A stretch of DNA of 32,000 nucleotides. Origin: Haloferax volcanii DS2 (GTDB lineage: Archaea > Halobacteriota > Halobacteria > Halobacteriales > Haloferacaceae). Shown in pieces: positions 6,987-15,607 of the stretch (the first letter of the stretch is position 1; each line of letters opens with the position of its first letter). Where the stretch lies: assembly GCF_000025685.1 (NCBI RefSeq), contig NC_013966.1, positions 540,001 to 572,000 of the forward strand, read 5' to 3'. The notes below the pieces were generated by a model. That model did no database searches, was not told the DNA's origin, and worked only from the letters and a program-made list of their open reading frames with translations. A program made the position numbers and the translations under genes.

Positions 6987-7586
6987 ATGACGCAGGACGG
7001 TCGCGCCGAGGAGTTGGAGCCGGCGAAGCGACGCATCATGGAGGCGACGTACAGGGCGCTACAAAAACACGGCTACGGCAACCTGACGATACAACACATC
7101 GCCGACGAGTTCGAGAACAGCAAGACGCTCCTGTACTACCATTACGACGGGAAAGACGAGCTGTTGGTCGACTTCCTCGACTACGTCCTCACGCAGTTTC
7201 TGAACAGCCTCCCTCGGGGGGACCGCACGCCCAAAGAGGAACTCGAAACGCTCGTCGACACGCTCCTCCCCGAGACGCTCTCCGAGGAGGCCTACCGGCT
7301 CCAACTGTCCATGTTCGAACTCCGGGTGAACGCCCCGCACGACGAGGGCTGTCGCGAGGAGTACCGCCACGTCGACGCCGAGCTCACGGAGCTGCTGCGG
7401 GACATCCTCGTCCGCGGCGTCGAGGCGGGCGAGTTCGACGTCAACGACCCAGAGGCCGAGGCCGAACTGTTTCTCTCGATTCTAACTGGGACGCGCGCCC
7501 GCCGGCTGACGGTGTTCAAACCCGACGAGTCAATCGAACCGCTCCGAGCGGCCATCCAGTCGCACATCGACCGCATCTCGGCGTAG
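6987..7586 (+). CDS. TetR/AcrR-family transcriptional regulator
   Basis: 199 aa. The N-terminal HTH RRIMEATYRALQKHGYGNLTIQHIADEFENSKTLLYYHYDGKDELL is a textbook TetR_N signature. Confidence 0.93.
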   Translation: MTQDGRAEELEPAKRRIMEATYRALQKHGYGNLTIQHIADEFENSKTLLYYHYDGKDELLVDFLDYVLTQFLNSLPRGDRTPKEELETLVDTLLPETLSEEAYRLQLSMFELRVNAPHDEGCREEYRHVDAELTELLRDILVRGVEAGEFDVNDPEAEAELFLSILTGTRARRLTVFKPDESIEPLRAAIQSHIDRISA

Positions 7587-7626
7587 TCGCCGCCGGGTCG
7601 GCCGCCCGGGTCGCGGTCGCGCCGGT

Positions 7627-8382
7627 TCAGGCCAGTTTACCGCCGTCGACGGGGAGCGCGTGGCCGTTGACGAACGACGCGTCTTCGGAGGCCAACCACG
7701 CGACGGCGCTCGCAATCTCCTCCGGTTCCGCCATCCGTCCGAGCGGCTGTTCCGCGGTGATGGCCTCGACCGCGCCGGGGTTCGCTTCGAGCGACCGCTC
7801 GACCATCGGGGTTCGGACGACGCCCGGACACACCGCGTTGACGCGGACGCCCTCCTCGGCGTACCGCACGGCCGCAGACTTCGTCAGTCCGACCACGCCG
7901 TGTTTGCTCGCGACGTAGGGTTCGCTCCCGTCGGCGGCGAGTCCGGCGATTGACGAGGTGTTGATAATCGCGCCGCCGTCGCCCTCCATCAGCGCCGGAA
8001 GCTCGTGTTTCATGGCGAGCCAGACGCCGGTGAGATTGATTCCGAGCACTCGGTCCCAGTTCTCCCGCGACTGCTCCGGAAGCGGGTCGTTGTCGCCCTC
8101 GATGCCCGCGTTGTTGTGCGCAATATCGAGGCCGCCGTACGTCTCGCGGGCCGTCTCCACCATCGACCGCACGTCGTCGGCGTCGGTGACGTCGACCGCG
8201 ACGAACGTCGCGTCGCCGCCGTCGGCCTCGATTTCGGAGACGACCTCTCGCCCGCGCTCGGCGTCGATGTCACCGAGCACCACGTTCGCACCCTCGGCGG
8301 CGAGTCGCGTAGCGCTCGCCCGCCCGATACCGCTGCTCGCGCCGGTCACGACCGCAGTCTTGCCGTCTAATCGGTCTGCCAT
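7627..8382 (-). CDS. Short-chain dehydrogenase/reductase (SDR, FabG-like)
   Basis: 251 aa with TGASSGIG (the TGxxxGIG cofactor motif), NNAG, a catalytic S...YxxxK (YVASKHG) and PGVVRTPM. Confidence 0.95.
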   Translation of the reverse strand: MADRLDGKTAVVTGASSGIGRASATRLAAEGANVVLGDIDAERGREVVSEIEADGGDATFVAVDVTDADDVRSMVETARETYGGLDIAHNNAGIEGDNDPLPEQSRENWDRVLGINLTGVWLAMKHELPALMEGDGGAIINTSSIAGLAADGSEPYVASKHGVVGLTKSAAVRYAEEGVRVNAVCPGVVRTPMVERSLEANPGAVEAITAEQPLGRMAEPEEIASAVAWLASEDASFVNGHALPVDGGKLA

Positions 8383-8508
8383 ACGTTGTTGAATATTTTG
8401 TCAATATATAATCTATGGGGTAGGAGAACGGCGTTCGAGAATCGCTCGTCGCCGTCCGTTCCGCCGAGAGGTGAACCCTTATTCGCCCGGCGTCCGTCGG
8501 TTCCGACC

Positions 8509-9510
8509 ATGACACCGCGACCGTCGACCTTCTCAATCGTCGCCCGCGACCCCGAACAGGACGCCGTCGGCGTGGCCGTCCAGTCGAAGTTCGTGAGCGT
8601 CGGCTCCGTCGTCCCGTTCGTCAGCGCGGACGCCGGCGCAATCGCCACCCAGAGCTTCGCGAACGTCACCTACGGCCCCGACGGATTGGACCTCCTGCGC
8701 GAGGGACACTCGGCCGAGGAAGTCGTTTCCGAACTGACCGACGCCGACGACGAGGCCCCGAGCAGGCAGGTCGGCGTCGTCGGAGCCGACGGGAGCATTG
8801 CGGCGTTCACCGGCGACGAGTGTTTCGACGTGGCCGGCGACATCCAAGGCGACCACTACACCGTTCAGGGGAACATCCTCGAAAACGAGGCGACGCTGGA
8901 CGCGATGGCCGAGGCGTTCGAGACGACCGACGGCGGGCTCCCGGAACGTCTGCTCGCGGCGCTCCACGCCGGCAACGACGCCGGCGGCGACAAGCGCGGC
9001 GAGCAGTCCGCGGCGATGTATATCGCCAAGCCCGAGGGCGGTTACGACGGCGGCAACGACCGCTGGGTCGACGTGCGCGTCGACGACCACGACCACCCGA
9101 TAGCCGAACTCGAACGCGTGTTCAAGCTGTACGACATCACGCTCTTGGAGCGCGAAGCGCCCGCCGAAACCATGTCGCTGTCGGGCGAGACGGCCGAAGC
9201 GGTCCTCGAAACGCTGTCGGTGCTCGGCTTCTACGACGGAACCCCGAGCGGCGAGTTCGACGACGAGGCCGTGGAGGCGCTCGAATCGTTCCGGGGCATG
9301 AACAACTTCGAGAACCACTCGCTTGCGGTCCTCGAAGACGCCATCGCCCGCGGCTGGGACGACGTTGCTGGCGGGGAGACTGCGGGCGAGGACGAGAGTG
9401 GGTGCGAGGACGGAACGACGGGAGCGGACGACGCGACGGACGAACTCGACGGGGAGACGAAGCTCATCGAGGCGATTTGGCAGGGCCTCAGCAGGCTCGA
9501 CAGGAAGTAG
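8509..9510 (+). CDS. DUF1028 (Ntn-hydrolase-fold) protein with C-terminal peptidoglycan-binding-like repeat
   Basis: Starts at an internal Met of ORF 8386..9510. MTPRPSTFSIVARDPEQDAVGVAVQSKFVSVGSVVPF... is the typical DUF1028 start. The C-terminus LSGETAEAVLETLSVLGFYDGTPSGEFDDEAVEALESFRG resembles PG_binding_1. The upstream 41 codons are AT-rich promoter sequence. Confidence 0.85.
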   Translation: MTPRPSTFSIVARDPEQDAVGVAVQSKFVSVGSVVPFVSADAGAIATQSFANVTYGPDGLDLLREGHSAEEVVSELTDADDEAPSRQVGVVGADGSIAAFTGDECFDVAGDIQGDHYTVQGNILENEATLDAMAEAFETTDGGLPERLLAALHAGNDAGGDKRGEQSAAMYIAKPEGGYDGGNDRWVDVRVDDHDHPIAELERVFKLYDITLLEREAPAETMSLSGETAEAVLETLSVLGFYDGTPSGEFDDEAVEALESFRGMNNFENHSLAVLEDAIARGWDDVAGGETAGEDESGCEDGTTGADDATDELDGETKLIEAIWQGLSRLDRK

Positions 9511-9628
9511 TTCAAAATCAGTCTCGTCGGTCGGAGTGTGTTTCATTCGTCGAAGCGCGCCGGATGCGGTGGCGTTGGCGGGTCACCGCGGCGCACCGAC
9601 AGGGCCGCGCGGGGGAAGGAAGTCTCGC

Positions 9629-10156
9629 TCAGCCGAGGAGGTACTTGAGCGCGGGGCGCTGGCGGACGAACTCCATCTTCTCGATGATGGCGTCGAGGCC
9701 GAGGATGCGGCCCGCCGCGAGCGTGCCGACGATGACGAACATCATCAGCCCGAACAGGTCGCCGTTGACCACGCCGTGGCCCCACTCGGCGTTCCCCAGG
9801 TAGAAAAACACCATCAGGACGCCGCCGAAGAAGGCGGCGAGCCGGACGAGTGCACCCACGATGAGCCCGAGACCGATGAGGAACTCGCCCCACGGAACCA
9901 TGACGTTCGTGAGGTCGAGGAGCCACGGGGTCGCGGCGGCCCACGCGAAGAAGCCCTGGAGCGGCGAGGCTGCGGGGGCGTTCGCGAGGTAGCCCGCGGC
10001 GCTGAACGGCTCGCCGACGATTTTCGTCACACCGGCGTGGAGGAACCAGTAGCCGGTGATGAGGCGGGTCAACACGAGCACGTAGCCCGTGACGCCCCGC
10101 GAGTAGTCGAAGTCCATCCTGTTCCCCAGCATCTCGATTTGTGAGTTAGCGGCCAT
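9629..10156 (-). CDS. DoxX-family membrane protein
   Basis: 175 aa with four hydrophobic segments. LTRLITGYWFLHAGVTKI and WGEFLIGLGLIVGALVRLAAFFG are DoxX-like. Confidence 0.85.
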   Translation of the reverse strand: MAANSQIEMLGNRMDFDYSRGVTGYVLVLTRLITGYWFLHAGVTKIVGEPFSAAGYLANAPAASPLQGFFAWAAATPWLLDLTNVMVPWGEFLIGLGLIVGALVRLAAFFGGVLMVFFYLGNAEWGHGVVNGDLFGLMMFVIVGTLAAGRILGLDAIIEKMEFVRQRPALKYLLG

Positions 10157-10261
10157 TGTCTTTCACCTAACAGATGAACGAACGGCCGCCGAGAGCATAT
10201 AAAGGGGCCGTGATTTCCGAATCTAAGGAATCGAGAACGACCGAAAGAGAGCTCCTAACAC

Positions 10262-10849
10262 TCAGCGCCGGGCGATGAGGTCGCGCGAGATGTCGGCGCG
10301 CTCGTAGACGGCTCCGTCGTGCGCGTCGGCGAACGCCTCGGCGTCGCCGTCGTCGGAAAAGGGGACGAAGTCGGGACCCATCGACCCGTTGACATCGGTT
10401 CCGACGACGTAGACGAGGTCGTCCATCGGCGCGAACGCGTCGGCGTCGAGGTGCGCGGAGATGAACGTCTGGCCGCCGTCGTCGAACAGGTCGTACTCGA
10501 CAGTGCTGTAATCCGTGAGGTAGCCGCCGGCGCGATTCCACCCGTCGTCCTCGCGGTCGAGCGCGTAGGAGAACGTCTCCCAGGCGCTACAAAACCGCGC
10601 CGGGTTGTCGTGACCCTCGGGGCTGTGGTCTGCGTAGAACAGTTGCCCGGCGGGGCCGGGGTGCTGGTCGATGACCATCCCGCAGGCGTCGCACTGCTCG
10701 CCGCCGGTCAGTGCGACTGCCTCGGGAGCGTCGCCACCGCCGTCGGTTCCGAGACCGCCCAGACACCCTGCGGTGGCGGCGACGCCCGCGACACCGACGG
10801 CAGACAACACGGTTCGACGAGCGACGGTTCGGTCGCAGTCGTGGCACAT
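10262..10849 (-). CDS. nosL: NosL-like copper-chaperone lipoprotein
   Basis: Tat signal and lipobox (ARRTVLSAVGVAGVAATAGC), then the NosL-type CDACGMVI motif and a FCS segment. ATG 10849 is preferred over the TTG at 10876. Confidence 0.8.
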   Translation of the reverse strand: MCHDCDRTVARRTVLSAVGVAGVAATAGCLGGLGTDGGGDAPEAVALTGGEQCDACGMVIDQHPGPAGQLFYADHSPEGHDNPARFCSAWETFSYALDREDDGWNRAGGYLTDYSTVEYDLFDDGGQTFISAHLDADAFAPMDDLVYVVGTDVNGSMGPDFVPFSDDGDAEAFADAHDGAVYERADISRDLIARR

Positions 10850-11017
10850 ACGCCAAGCTAGTTGGGGGGTGCTCAAATGGTGATTGGTGCGGAAAACGAA
10901 CCAAGCGCCGGACGTGTGGTCAGCCCGTCACGTTCCGTCCGAGTCGATGACGCCGTGGCTCGGCACAGTCGCCACGGGGTCCGCGGTCCGCGCCCCCGGC
11001 GACGCGTCGCGCGTACG

Positions 11018-13675
11018 TCAGTCGGAGCCCGCCGAATCGGTCGTCGTTCGGTCCGTCGACCGCGTCACGAACTCGAACCGCGCGCCGCCCTCGGCCGGCT
11101 CGATGAGCGAGACGGACCAGCCGTGCGCATCGGCGATGTCGCGGACGATTGCGAGACCGTAGCCGGTTCCCCGCGGCATCGTGGTGTAGCCGTGGTCGAA
11201 GACCTGCTCGCGGCGCGTCTCGGGGACACCGACGCCGTTGTCCGCGACGTAGAAGCCGGCGCGGTCGTCGAGCGCGCCGACGCGGACGGCGAGCGGGTCG
11301 TCGGGCGGCGTGTCGCCATCCGCGGGGTCGTCGGGGGTATCCCGACGGCTCGTCGAGCCGTGTTCCACAGCATTCCGAAACAGGTTCTCGAAGAGCCTGA
11401 GCAGGCGGCCGTCGTCGCCCTCGACGACGAACAGTTCCTCGCGGACGAGCGTCGCGTCACCGGTGTCGACGAAGCGCCACGCGTGGTCGACGACGCGCGC
11501 GAGGTCGACGGGTTTGGCGTCGACGACGGGCGTCCGCTGCCGGGCGAGGTCAAGGACCTCCTCGACCAGTTCGGACATACGGTCGACCGCGTTGGCGGCG
11601 CGTTCGAGGTGCGCCCGCTCGCCCGACTCCATCCCGAGGTCGAAGTAGCCGGTGGCGACCGCGAGGGGGTTACGGAGGTCGTGGGCGACGATGGAGACGA
11701 AGTCGTCGAGCCGCTCGTTGGCCGCCGCGAGGTCGGCCTCGCGGTTCCGAAGCTCCTGTTCGCGGACGGTCCCCGAGAGCGCGGAGGTGACCGTCGAACC
11801 GAGGAGTTCGAGCAGGTCCTCGTCGACGTCGAGGAACGCGCCGTCGTCGTCGGTCGAAACGACGAGCAGGCCGTGGCTCCCGAGCGGGACGCGCAGGACC
11901 GACTTCCCGTCCGACTCGGGGGGGAGAAGCCGGTCGTCGACGTCGGCCGCGTCGACCCGGCTAACGGCGTCGGACTCGAAGCCGCCGGGGGCGGTCTCGA
12001 TTGGCGTCTCCGAGTCGAACTGCTCCGCGGTCGAGGCGGCCGGCGACAGGGCACCGCGGTCGTCGGCGAGCCAGACGGCGGCCGCGGCGTCGGGCACGAG
12101 TTCGGGGACGATATCGACCGCGAGCGCCGCGACCTCCTCGACGCTCTCGGTGAGGATGAGGTCCTGCGTGACCGCTTGCAGGGTCCGGAGGCCGTCTTCG
12201 AGCCGCGCGCGGTTTGTGACGTCGATGGCGACGCCGAGGAGCTTCGACACCTCGCCGTCGTCGAAGACGGGCCGGTACCACGCGTCGTACACCGCGCCGC
12301 GGTACTCGATGCGGGTGTCGACCGCCTCGCCCGACAGGCCGCGGGCGATGGCGTCGGTGGCCGCGGGTGTGTCGTCGTAGAGGTCGAACGCGGAGCGACC
12401 GACGACCTCGCCGGGTTCGCGGCCGAGCGACTCCAGTCCGGCCCCTTCGGACATGGTGAACACGCCCTCGGCGTCGAACGCCGAGAGGATGACCGGGAGG
12501 TTCTGCAACACCGTTTCGAGGCGCTGGTTGGTCGATTCGAGGGCCTGCAAGTAGCGCTTCCGCGTCGTCACGTCGCGGAAGTAGACCGACAGCCCCGACG
12601 GCGAGGGGTACGCGCGGACCTCGAACCAGCCGTCGTACGGCTCGGAGTACGTCTCGAACGTCACCGACTCTTGGGTCCGCATCGCCTCGTGGTACTTCTC
12701 GTACAGTTCGGCGCTGTCGGGCGACGGAACGAGGTCCCAGATTCGCTCGCCGAGTTCGGGCTCTCTGACCTCGTTGAAGACGTCTCGCGCGCGGTCGTTG
12801 AGGTAGACGAAACGCCAGTCGGTGTCGAGCGCGAAGAAGGCGTCAGTCATGCGTTCGAGCAGTTCGCCGCGCTGGGTGGTGGCGACCTCGCGGTCGGTCA
12901 CGTCCCGCGGGATGCCGACGACGCCGGTCACCGTCTCACCGTCGCCGGCCGGCGAAAGCGAGAGTTCGAACAGCCGCGAGACGCCGCCGGCGTCGACGAA
13001 TCGAACATCGAGGCGTTCGGTGACGCCCTCCGAGAGGACTCGCGAGACGGCGTCGCGGTAGCGCTCGTACTCGTCGGCGGGGAACAGCCCGGCGTCGACG
13101 AGCGACTCGAACCGCTCGCCTCGGAGCGTCTCGGACGCGCGCCCCGTTATCGCCTCGATTCGGGGGTTCACGTACTCGACGCGGCAGTCCTCGTCGAGGA
13201 CGAACGCGCCGTCTTCCATCGCCTCGACGATGACGCGGTAGCTCCGCGTCTCGGCGGGGCGGTCGTCGGCGTCCCGGTCTAAGACCCCCCGGACCGACTC
13301 GACGAGGGCCGCGTGGGAGTCGTCGGTCTCGTCGCGGACCAGGTAGTCGTCGACACCGAGCGAGACGGCGCGGGCGGCGAGCGCCTCGTCGCCGGCGGCG
13401 GCGTAGACGACCACCGGAGGCCCGACGCGAGCGTCGCCGGCGGCGGTGACGAGCGCGTCGAGGTCGAGACCGTCAGGGAGGTCGGCGGCGGCGACGAGAC
13501 AGGAGACAGTGCGCTCAGCGAGTGCCGAGCGCGCGGCCGCGGCGCTCTCGGCGCGCTCGACCGGGCGCTCGAAGGCGTCCCGGAGCGTCGAGACGACCGG
13601 ACCGGAGACAACGCCGTCGGCCGCGACGTAGAGAATCGCGCCGACGGAGGTGCCCCCAGCACTCGGGGGAAACAT
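11018..13675 (-). CDS. Sensor histidine kinase: degenerate receiver, three PAS, GAF, HisKA and HATPase_c domains
   Basis: Starts at the internal Met (MFPPSAGG...) of ORF 11018..14032; the upstream 119 codons overlap the acyl-CoA synthetase 3' end. PAS blocks include EDGAFVLDEDCRVEYVNPRIEAITG, TDAFFALDTDWRFVYLNDRA and LPVILSAFDAEGVFTMSEGAG. The H-box is FVSIVAHDLRNPL, the N-box LFRNAVEHG, G1 GFYVADNGVGVP and G2 GTGYGLAIV. Confidence 0.92.
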   Translation of the reverse strand: MFPPSAGGTSVGAILYVAADGVVSGPVVSTLRDAFERPVERAESAAAARSALAERTVSCLVAAADLPDGLDLDALVTAAGDARVGPPVVVYAAAGDEALAARAVSLGVDDYLVRDETDDSHAALVESVRGVLDRDADDRPAETRSYRVIVEAMEDGAFVLDEDCRVEYVNPRIEAITGRASETLRGERFESLVDAGLFPADEYERYRDAVSRVLSEGVTERLDVRFVDAGGVSRLFELSLSPAGDGETVTGVVGIPRDVTDREVATTQRGELLERMTDAFFALDTDWRFVYLNDRARDVFNEVREPELGERIWDLVPSPDSAELYEKYHEAMRTQESVTFETYSEPYDGWFEVRAYPSPSGLSVYFRDVTTRKRYLQALESTNQRLETVLQNLPVILSAFDAEGVFTMSEGAGLESLGREPGEVVGRSAFDLYDDTPAATDAIARGLSGEAVDTRIEYRGAVYDAWYRPVFDDGEVSKLLGVAIDVTNRARLEDGLRTLQAVTQDLILTESVEEVAALAVDIVPELVPDAAAAVWLADDRGALSPAASTAEQFDSETPIETAPGGFESDAVSRVDAADVDDRLLPPESDGKSVLRVPLGSHGLLVVSTDDDGAFLDVDEDLLELLGSTVTSALSGTVREQELRNREADLAAANERLDDFVSIVAHDLRNPLAVATGYFDLGMESGERAHLERAANAVDRMSELVEEVLDLARQRTPVVDAKPVDLARVVDHAWRFVDTGDATLVREELFVVEGDDGRLLRLFENLFRNAVEHGSTSRRDTPDDPADGDTPPDDPLAVRVGALDDRAGFYVADNGVGVPETRREQVFDHGYTTMPRGTGYGLAIVRDIADAHGWSVSLIEPAEGGARFEFVTRSTDRTTTDSAGSD

Positions 13676-13797
13676 GTTAGAGACGAGATATGCAGAGAGC
13701 CAATAATCTTGCGGGCGAAGCGGCCGGACCGCCGGAGGAGACGGCGGTGGGACGAGACGGGCGTCGGGTCGTCGAATCGCAGAGTCGCCGTCAGCAG

Positions 13798-15414
13798 TTA
13801 TCCCTGCCCGACCATCCGCTCTTCGTCGTCCCACTCGCGCTTGCGGAGTTCGTACTTCTGAATCTTGCCGGTCGCCGTCTTGGGAATCTCCGCGACGAAC
13901 TCGAACTCGCGGATGGCCTTGTAGCCCGCGAGGCGGTCGCGGGTGTACGCGGTCAGTTCCTCGGCGGTGACGCCGGGGTTCTCCACGTCGCCGTTCGCGG
14001 GGACGACGAACGCCTTCGGCGTCTCGCCCCATTTCTCGGACGGCGCGGGGATAACCGCCACGTCACCGACGGCGTCGTGGTCGAACAGCGCGTCCTCCAG
14101 TTCGACCGAGGAGATGTTCTCCCCGCCGGAGATGATGATGTCCTTCTTGCGGTCCTGAATCGCTATCATGCCGTCTTCGTTGACGACCGCGAGGTCGCCG
14201 GTGTGGTACCAGCCTTCGAGGCGGTCGTTGAACGCGTCGTGGGTCTCGTCGGGCTTGTTCCAGTACTTCTCCATCACCTGATTGCCGCGGACGACCACCT
14301 CACCGATAGTGGCGTCGCCGCGCGGGACCTGTTCGCCGTCGTCGTCGACGACGCGCAGGTCGGTCCCGAGCGGGGCGACGCCCTGCCGCTGTTTGAGCGA
14401 GAAGCGCAGGCCGCCCTCGTCGGGGATGAGGCGGTTCGCGTCCGAGGTGGCGATGAGCGGGCCGGTCTCGGTCGCGCCGTACAGTTGGGTGAACTCCCAG
14501 CCGAACTCGGACTCGGTGTGGCGAATCGTCGCGCTCGGGGCGGCGCTCCCGGCGGCGGTCACGCGAACCGGGTTGTCGCCGGCGTACGCCGGGTCGTGTT
14601 CCTCGGCGTACTCCCGGAGGATGGATAGCACGGTCGGCGCGCAGCAGAAGAAGGACACGTCTTCCTCGGTGATGGCGTCGAACACGGCCTCAGCCTCCAC
14701 CCCGCGGGTGCAGACGTGTTTCGCGCCGCGGCCGGTGACGGCGTAGATGTGGCCCCAGCCGTTGACGTGGAACATCGGGAGCGTCCAGAGATACACGTCG
14801 TCGTCCCCGATGTGGTGGTGAATCGTCACCAATTGGGCGTGGAGCGACTCGGTCCGGTGGGTGCGGCAGACGCCCTTCGGGTCGCCGGTCGTCCCCGAGG
14901 TGTAGTTGATAGTGATGAGTTCGTCCTCGGACATCTCGGGGCGCTCGTAGTCGTCGGCGTCGGCCTCGTCGAGGAACGCCTCGAAGTCGAGCCAGTCGCC
15001 GTCGACGGCGGCGGGGTCGTTCGTCACGAACACCTCGGCGGGCACGTCGTCGCGGACGGCCTCGATTTTCCCCGCGTACTGGTAGTCGGCGTAGACCACG
15101 GTCGCGCCGGAATCCGACAGCAGGTACTCGTAATCATCGGTCGTGAGGCGGTAGTTCAGCGGGACGTGGAGCGCGCCGCACTGCATCGCGCCGAAGGCCG
15201 CTTCGAGATGGTAGTGCGTGTTGGGGTCGAGCACCGCGACTCTGTCGCCTTTCTCGACGCCGCGGGATTGCAGCGCCGCCGAAAATCTGTCCACCCGCTC
15301 ACCGAACTCCGCGTAGGTGAAGCGCTCGCCGTCGACGCCGACGACGGCCTCGTAATCGCCGTAGTACGTCCGGGCCCGGTCGAGAAAGTCCGTCACGAGT
15401 AACTGTTTCTTCAT
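13798..15414 (-). CDS. AMP-dependent acyl-CoA synthetase/ligase
   Basis: 538 aa with the AMP-binding motif YTSGTTGDPKGV, then YGATE, GWYHTGD and the C-terminal KTATGKIQK. Confidence 0.95.
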   Translation of the reverse strand: MKKQLLVTDFLDRARTYYGDYEAVVGVDGERFTYAEFGERVDRFSAALQSRGVEKGDRVAVLDPNTHYHLEAAFGAMQCGALHVPLNYRLTTDDYEYLLSDSGATVVYADYQYAGKIEAVRDDVPAEVFVTNDPAAVDGDWLDFEAFLDEADADDYERPEMSEDELITINYTSGTTGDPKGVCRTHRTESLHAQLVTIHHHIGDDDVYLWTLPMFHVNGWGHIYAVTGRGAKHVCTRGVEAEAVFDAITEEDVSFFCCAPTVLSILREYAEEHDPAYAGDNPVRVTAAGSAAPSATIRHTESEFGWEFTQLYGATETGPLIATSDANRLIPDEGGLRFSLKQRQGVAPLGTDLRVVDDDGEQVPRGDATIGEVVVRGNQVMEKYWNKPDETHDAFNDRLEGWYHTGDLAVVNEDGMIAIQDRKKDIIISGGENISSVELEDALFDHDAVGDVAVIPAPSEKWGETPKAFVVPANGDVENPGVTAEELTAYTRDRLAGYKAIREFEFVAEIPKTATGKIQKYELRKREWDDEERMVGQG

Positions 15415-15607
15415 TCGTGATAGACCGGGCGGGCGAGTGAACTAAACGCACCACTTCCGGCAACATTTCACGCGGCCGACGTGAGCACCACAGTATGACG
15501 GGGAACGTCGTTGAGGGGGTCGAACGCGCCGCCCGGACGCGGCGGGGGCGCGCCCAGCCGACGGCGAAACGAACACCTTTGAACCGCGCGGCCCTGACTC
15601 CCGGCAG

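Noticed and set aside
10862-13282. 806-aa plus-strand ORF
   Set aside because: It is the antisense shadow of the PAS/GAF histidine kinase, with the same Arg/Gly/Val/Asp composition and no domain signatures.
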